A DNA stretch of 64,000 bases from Thermoanaerobaculia bacterium (GTDB taxonomy: Bacteria > Acidobacteriota > Thermoanaerobaculia > Multivoradales > UBA5704): positions 2,763 to 66,762 of the forward strand of contig DATARD010000047.1 in the NCBI GenBank assembly GCA_036264355.1, given 5' to 3'. Shown in pieces: positions 60,770 through 64,000 of this stretch; position 1 is the first letter of the stretch; each line of letters starts with the position of its first letter. The position numbers and the translations under genes are program-made. The notes beneath the pieces were generated by a model, which had not been told where the DNA came from, ran no database searches, and saw only the letters and a program-made list of their open reading frames with translations.

Positions 60770-62001
60770 GCCCATCCGGTGTGCGTGTCGCGGTGACGGG
60801 CCTCGGGCTCGTCACCCCGGTGGGCATTGGTCGCGACGAGGTGTGGCAGGGGTTGCTCGATGGGCGTAGCGGATTTGCGCCCATCGAGTCGTTCGATTCG
60901 AGCCGCTTTCCGGTCCACCTCGGCGCCGAGGTGCGGGGCTTCCACCCCGAGCTCTGGCTGCGCATCCTCGATCCCAGCCAGCTCGGCCGCGCCTCGCAGC
61001 TCGCCGCCGCCGCGGCCCGCATGGCGCTCGACGATTCCGGTATCGCCGGCATCGCCGGGATTGCCGGGATCGACGCCGCGCGGGCCGGCGTTGTCATGGG
61101 CACCACCTCCGGCGAGCCGCGCGAGGTGGAGCGCTTCGACGACCGCTACCTGGCCGGCGGGCTCGACGGGCTGGGGCCGGAATTCATCGGCCTCTATCCC
61201 TGCCACATGATCGCCGTCCACGTGGCCCGCGAGGTCGGCTTCGCGGGCCCGGTCACCATGATCCCCACCGCCTGCGCGGCCGGCAACTACGCCATCGCCC
61301 ACGCCTTCGACCTGCTCCGCGCCGGGCGCGCCGACGTCATGCTGGCCGGCGGCGCCGACGCCTTTTCGCGCATCACCTACGCCGGCTTCTCCCGCCTCGG
61401 TGCCATCGCTCCGGAAAGGTGCCAGCCGTTCGACCGCAATCGGAGGGGGATGATCCCCGGCGAGGGCGCCGGCGTGCTGGTCCTGGAGCCGCTCCCGCGT
61501 GCGCTCGCCCGCGGCGCTCGCGTCTACGCCGAGGTGGCCGGCTACGGCCTTTCCTGCGACGCGCATCACATGACCGCCGCGCATCCGGAAGGGGACGGCG
61601 CGGCGCGCGCCATGCAGCGCGCGCTCGCCGACGCCGGCATCGGCCCGGAGGACGTTTCCTACATCAGCGCGCACGGCACCGGCACGCCCACCAACGACCG
61701 CCTGGAGATCCTGGCGGTGCAGCGCGTCTTCGGCGCCGCGGCGGCGAAGACGCCGATGAGCTCCATCAAGTCGATGATCGGCCACACCATGGGCGCCGCC
61801 TCGGCCATCGAGGCGGCGGTCTGCTCGCTGGCGGTTTCGACCGGCCGCATTCCGCCCACCATGAACCTGGAGGAGCCGGACGGCGACCTCGACTACGTGC
61901 CCAACCACGCCCGCGAGCACGACGTGCGGGTGGCGATGAACAACGCCTACGCCTTCGGAGGCAACAACGCCTCGGTGATCTTTCAGCGAGCCGGAGCCTG
62001 A
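60766..62001 (+). CDS. Beta-ketoacyl-ACP synthase (KS-alpha, FabF/type-II-PKS-like, active).
   Basis: Catalytic Cys in PTACAAGNYA, His in SAHGTGTPTND, His in KSMIGHTMGAAS. ATGA overlap with the ACP gene. Contains a GIAGIAGIAGI tripeptide repeat. Confidence 0.85.
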   Translation: MSPSGVRVAVTGLGLVTPVGIGRDEVWQGLLDGRSGFAPIESFDSSRFPVHLGAEVRGFHPELWLRILDPSQLGRASQLAAAAARMALDDSGIAGIAGIAGIDAARAGVVMGTTSGEPREVERFDDRYLAGGLDGLGPEFIGLYPCHMIAVHVAREVGFAGPVTMIPTACAAGNYAIAHAFDLLRAGRADVMLAGGADAFSRITYAGFSRLGAIAPERCQPFDRNRRGMIPGEGAGVLVLEPLPRALARGARVYAEVAGYGLSCDAHHMTAAHPEGDGAARAMQRALADAGIGPEDVSYISAHGTGTPTNDRLEILAVQRVFGAAAAKTPMSSIKSMIGHTMGAASAIEAAVCSLAVSTGRIPPTMNLEEPDGDLDYVPNHAREHDVRVAMNNAYAFGGNNASVIFQRAGA

Positions 62002-62002
62002 G

Positions 62003-63232
62003 ATGCGGCGGGTCGTCATCACCGGTGCCGGTGCCCTCTCTCCCATCGCCGACTCCCCGGCGGCTCTCCACACCGCGCTGTGCGCCCAGACGAGCGCGCT
62101 CAAGGAGGTCGAGCTGTTCCCACTCGACACGGCCGGCAACGTCGCCGACCTCGGTCCCCGCCACGCCGGCGAGATCCGGCCGTTCGAGCCCAAGGACTAT
62201 CTGGGCGAACGCAACCTTCGGCCGGTGGACCGCACCGCCCGCTTGCTTCTGGTGGCCGCGCAGCAGGCGCTCGAGTCCTCCGGCTGGACCGCCGAAAAGC
62301 GTGCCGAGCGCGAGGTCGGCCTGGTTCTCGGCACCACCTTCTGCAGCGTGCGCACGATCGCCGAGTTCGACCGCCGCGCGCTGCAGCTCGGCCCCTCCTA
62401 CGCGAGCCCCATGGACTTCGCCAACAGCGTGATCAACGCCGCGGCAGGGCAGGCGGCTATCTGGCACGACCTGCGCGGCGTCAACTCGACGGTGGCGGCC
62501 GGCGAGGCCTCGGGTCTCCTCGCCTTGGCCTACGCGGCCGACCTGATCCGCGGCGGCCGTGCCGACGCGGTCCTCGCCGGCGGCGCCGAGGAGCTCTGCT
62601 TCGAATCGTTCGTCGGCCACCAGCGCGCCGGCCGCCTCGGCAGCGTCTGCACCGTGCCGTTCGACGCCCGGCGCGACGGTTTCGCGCTCGCCGAGGGAGC
62701 GGCGATGCTCTTCCTCGAAGAGGCCGAATCCGCCGCGGCCCGCGGTGCCCACGTGCTGGCCGAGATCTGCGGCTACGCCGAGTCCTTTGCCGGAGACGGG
62801 GAGGAGGCAAGCACCGCCGACTTCGCCGACGCCGTCGCCCGCGCCGTCCGCTTGGCGGTCGCCGACGCCGGCATCGTGCCGGCGGATCTGGGTGTCCTCA
62901 GTCTGTCGGCCAACGGCGGCGTGCGGTCCGACCGCGCCGAGGCGCTCGGAATCGCCGCCGCGGGCCTCGCGGACGTGCCGGCCACCGCCATCAAAGCCAT
63001 GCTCGGCGAAGCCCTCGGCGCTTCCGGAGCGTTCCAGGCCGTCGATCTCCTGGGCCTCTTCGCCGACGGTGTGCTGCCGGGCGTCCTGGGATTCCAGGCG
63101 GGCGACGACGGTTTCCCCCTCTCCGGCATCGCCGCCCAGACCCGCACCCTGGATCATCAACCGCGCTTCGGTCTGCTGCACTCGGTCGCCTGGGACGGCC
63201 AGTGCTGCGCGGTGATCCTGGAGGCAAAGTGA
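62003..63232 (+). CDS. KS-beta / chain-length-factor-like ketosynthase homolog lacking the active-site Cys and His residues.
   Basis: Thiolase-fold KS homolog. The active-site position reads STVAAGEAS (no Cys), and the HGTGT/GH motifs are absent. It begins 1 nt after the KS-alpha stop, which suggests a heterodimer partner. Confidence 0.75.
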   Translation: MRRVVITGAGALSPIADSPAALHTALCAQTSALKEVELFPLDTAGNVADLGPRHAGEIRPFEPKDYLGERNLRPVDRTARLLLVAAQQALESSGWTAEKRAEREVGLVLGTTFCSVRTIAEFDRRALQLGPSYASPMDFANSVINAAAGQAAIWHDLRGVNSTVAAGEASGLLALAYAADLIRGGRADAVLAGGAEELCFESFVGHQRAGRLGSVCTVPFDARRDGFALAEGAAMLFLEEAESAAARGAHVLAEICGYAESFAGDGEEASTADFADAVARAVRLAVADAGIVPADLGVLSLSANGGVRSDRAEALGIAAAGLADVPATAIKAMLGEALGASGAFQAVDLLGLFADGVLPGVLGFQAGDDGFPLSGIAAQTRTLDHQPRFGLLHSVAWDGQCCAVILEAK

Positions 63233-64000
63233 AGCCTCACCCCCCTGACCCCCCTCTCCCATCGCCCCCCCATCCGCCGGGAGAGGGGGGAAAAGACTCG
63301 CATGCTCACGCTTGTCTCCCCTCTCCCGGGGAAAGGGCGGGGGGAGCCGGGAGAGGGGCCGGGGGTGAGGGCGCCTTTCTCGTCCCCCGCCTGGAGCAGC
63401 AGGGGTACGGCGAAGACGACGTCGCCGCCCGCCGCCGCTGGATCGAGGAGCAGACCGGCGCCGCGTTGACCCACGTCGGCGCCTGCACGCTCCCCGGCGA
63501 GCAGATGCAGGGAAACATCGAGAATCCGGTCGGCGCCGCGCAGGTCCCGCTCGGCGTCGCCGGGCCGCTCCTCGTTCACGGCGAGCACGCCGAGGGAACC
63601 TATTACGTGCCGCTCGCCACCACCGAAGGCGCCCTGGTGCGCTCCTACGAGCGGGGGATGGTGGCGATCACCCGCTCCGGCGGCGCCACCGTCCGCATCC
63701 ACGTCGACGAGAACCGGGTGAGCCCCGTCTTCGTCTGCGCCGACGTCGCCGCCGCGGCCGACCTCGCCCGCGCGCTTCCGGGATGGATCGACGAGATCCG
63801 TGCCGCCGCCGAGTCGACCACCCGCCACGGCAAGCTGCTGCGGCTGGAGGCCCGCCCGCTCGGCCGCGAGGTCATGGTCAGCTTCTGTTTTTCGACCGGC
63901 GACGCGCACGGCATGAACATGATCGTCAAGGCCACGGACGAAGCCTGCCGCCGGCTCCTGGAGCACCAGGCTCGCGGCATGGCAACCCGCTACTACATCT
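63229..64000 (+). CDS. Class-I HMG-CoA-reductase-family catalytic domain protein. The N-terminus is P/G-rich, and the gene is partial, running off the window end.
   Basis: NIENPVGAAQVPLGVAGPLLVHGEHAEGTYYVPLATTEGALVRSYERGMVAITRSGGATVRIHVDENRVSPVFV and DAHGMNMIVKATDEAC match HMGR class I motifs (ENVIGYMPIPVGVAGPL...VPMATTEGCLVAS...DAMGMNM). The frame is open from GTG 63229, overlapping the CLF stop (GTGA), with no stop before position 64000. Confidence 0.7.
   Translation, partial: MKPHPPDPPLPSPPHPPGEGGKDSHAHACLPSPGERAGGAGRGAGGEGAFLVPRLEQQGYGEDDVAARRRWIEEQTGAALTHVGACTLPGEQMQGNIENPVGAAQVPLGVAGPLLVHGEHAEGTYYVPLATTEGALVRSYERGMVAITRSGGATVRIHVDENRVSPVFVCADVAAAADLARALPGWIDEIRAAAESTTRHGKLLRLEARPLGREVMVSFCFSTGDAHGMNMIVKATDEACRRLLEHQARGMATRYYI

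Noticed and set aside
48405-63262. Long minus ORFs 48405..50567, 50999..52654, 53722..55092, 55932..58286, 58841..60775, 60745..62193 and 61766..63262
   Set aside because: Antisense shadows of the CRTAC1/cytochrome/KS genes. High-GC wrong-frame composition with no motifs.

Overview
High-GC bacterial chromosomal window of 64 kb. It is most consistent with an Acidobacteria-like lineage: it carries an ADOP-type duplicated MacB/FtsX permease and several secreted FG-GAP + ASPIC/UnbV (CRTAC1-like) paralogs. Coding density is high, genes are often translationally coupled, and six-frame antisense shadow ORFs are abundant, as expected at this GC. A conserved housekeeping block spans about 23.4-34.6 kb: rpsA, an IHF/HU-family gene, HIT, a TM2 protein, lpxB, msbA-like, a DUF374 acyltransferase, yicC, gmk, rpoZ, coaBC and a family-4 UDG. 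Accessory, conflict-type regions surround it. Upstream lie a partial membrane-spanning TIR-domain receptor-like protein, a 2079-aa Kelch-propeller/caspase-like peptidase protein, an ADOP permease, and an Asp/Asn beta-hydroxylase fused to a TIGR03032-like domain. Next come an exporter-linked cluster of three SnoaL-like paralogs (the third interrupted by an in-frame TAG) around a DyP peroxidase, a minimal nucleotidyltransferase with a small partner ORF, and a membrane-anchored NACHT-HEAT-FGE STAND NTPase. A 41-bp hairpin-rich tandem array and the first of two Uma2 endonucleases follow it, just upstream of rpsA. Downstream of the housekeeping block are an ECF sigma factor with a P-loop/wHTH/BTAD regulator, a 21/42-bp REP-like hairpin array, a second Uma2 gene, hicAB, a CHAT (caspase-like) protein with a small antidote-like ORF, and GT2/GT4 glycosyltransferases; the GT4 gene lacks a canonical start. 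A long translationally coupled operon follows: an SDR-PlsC acyltransferase fusion, four CRTAC1-like FG-GAP/ASPIC paralogs surrounding a membrane-anchored pentaheme cytochrome c, then ACP, KS-alpha, KS-beta (CLF-like) and a class-I HMG-CoA-reductase-like gene that runs off the window. I did not find rRNA, tRNA, a CRISPR array, transposase or integrase genes.
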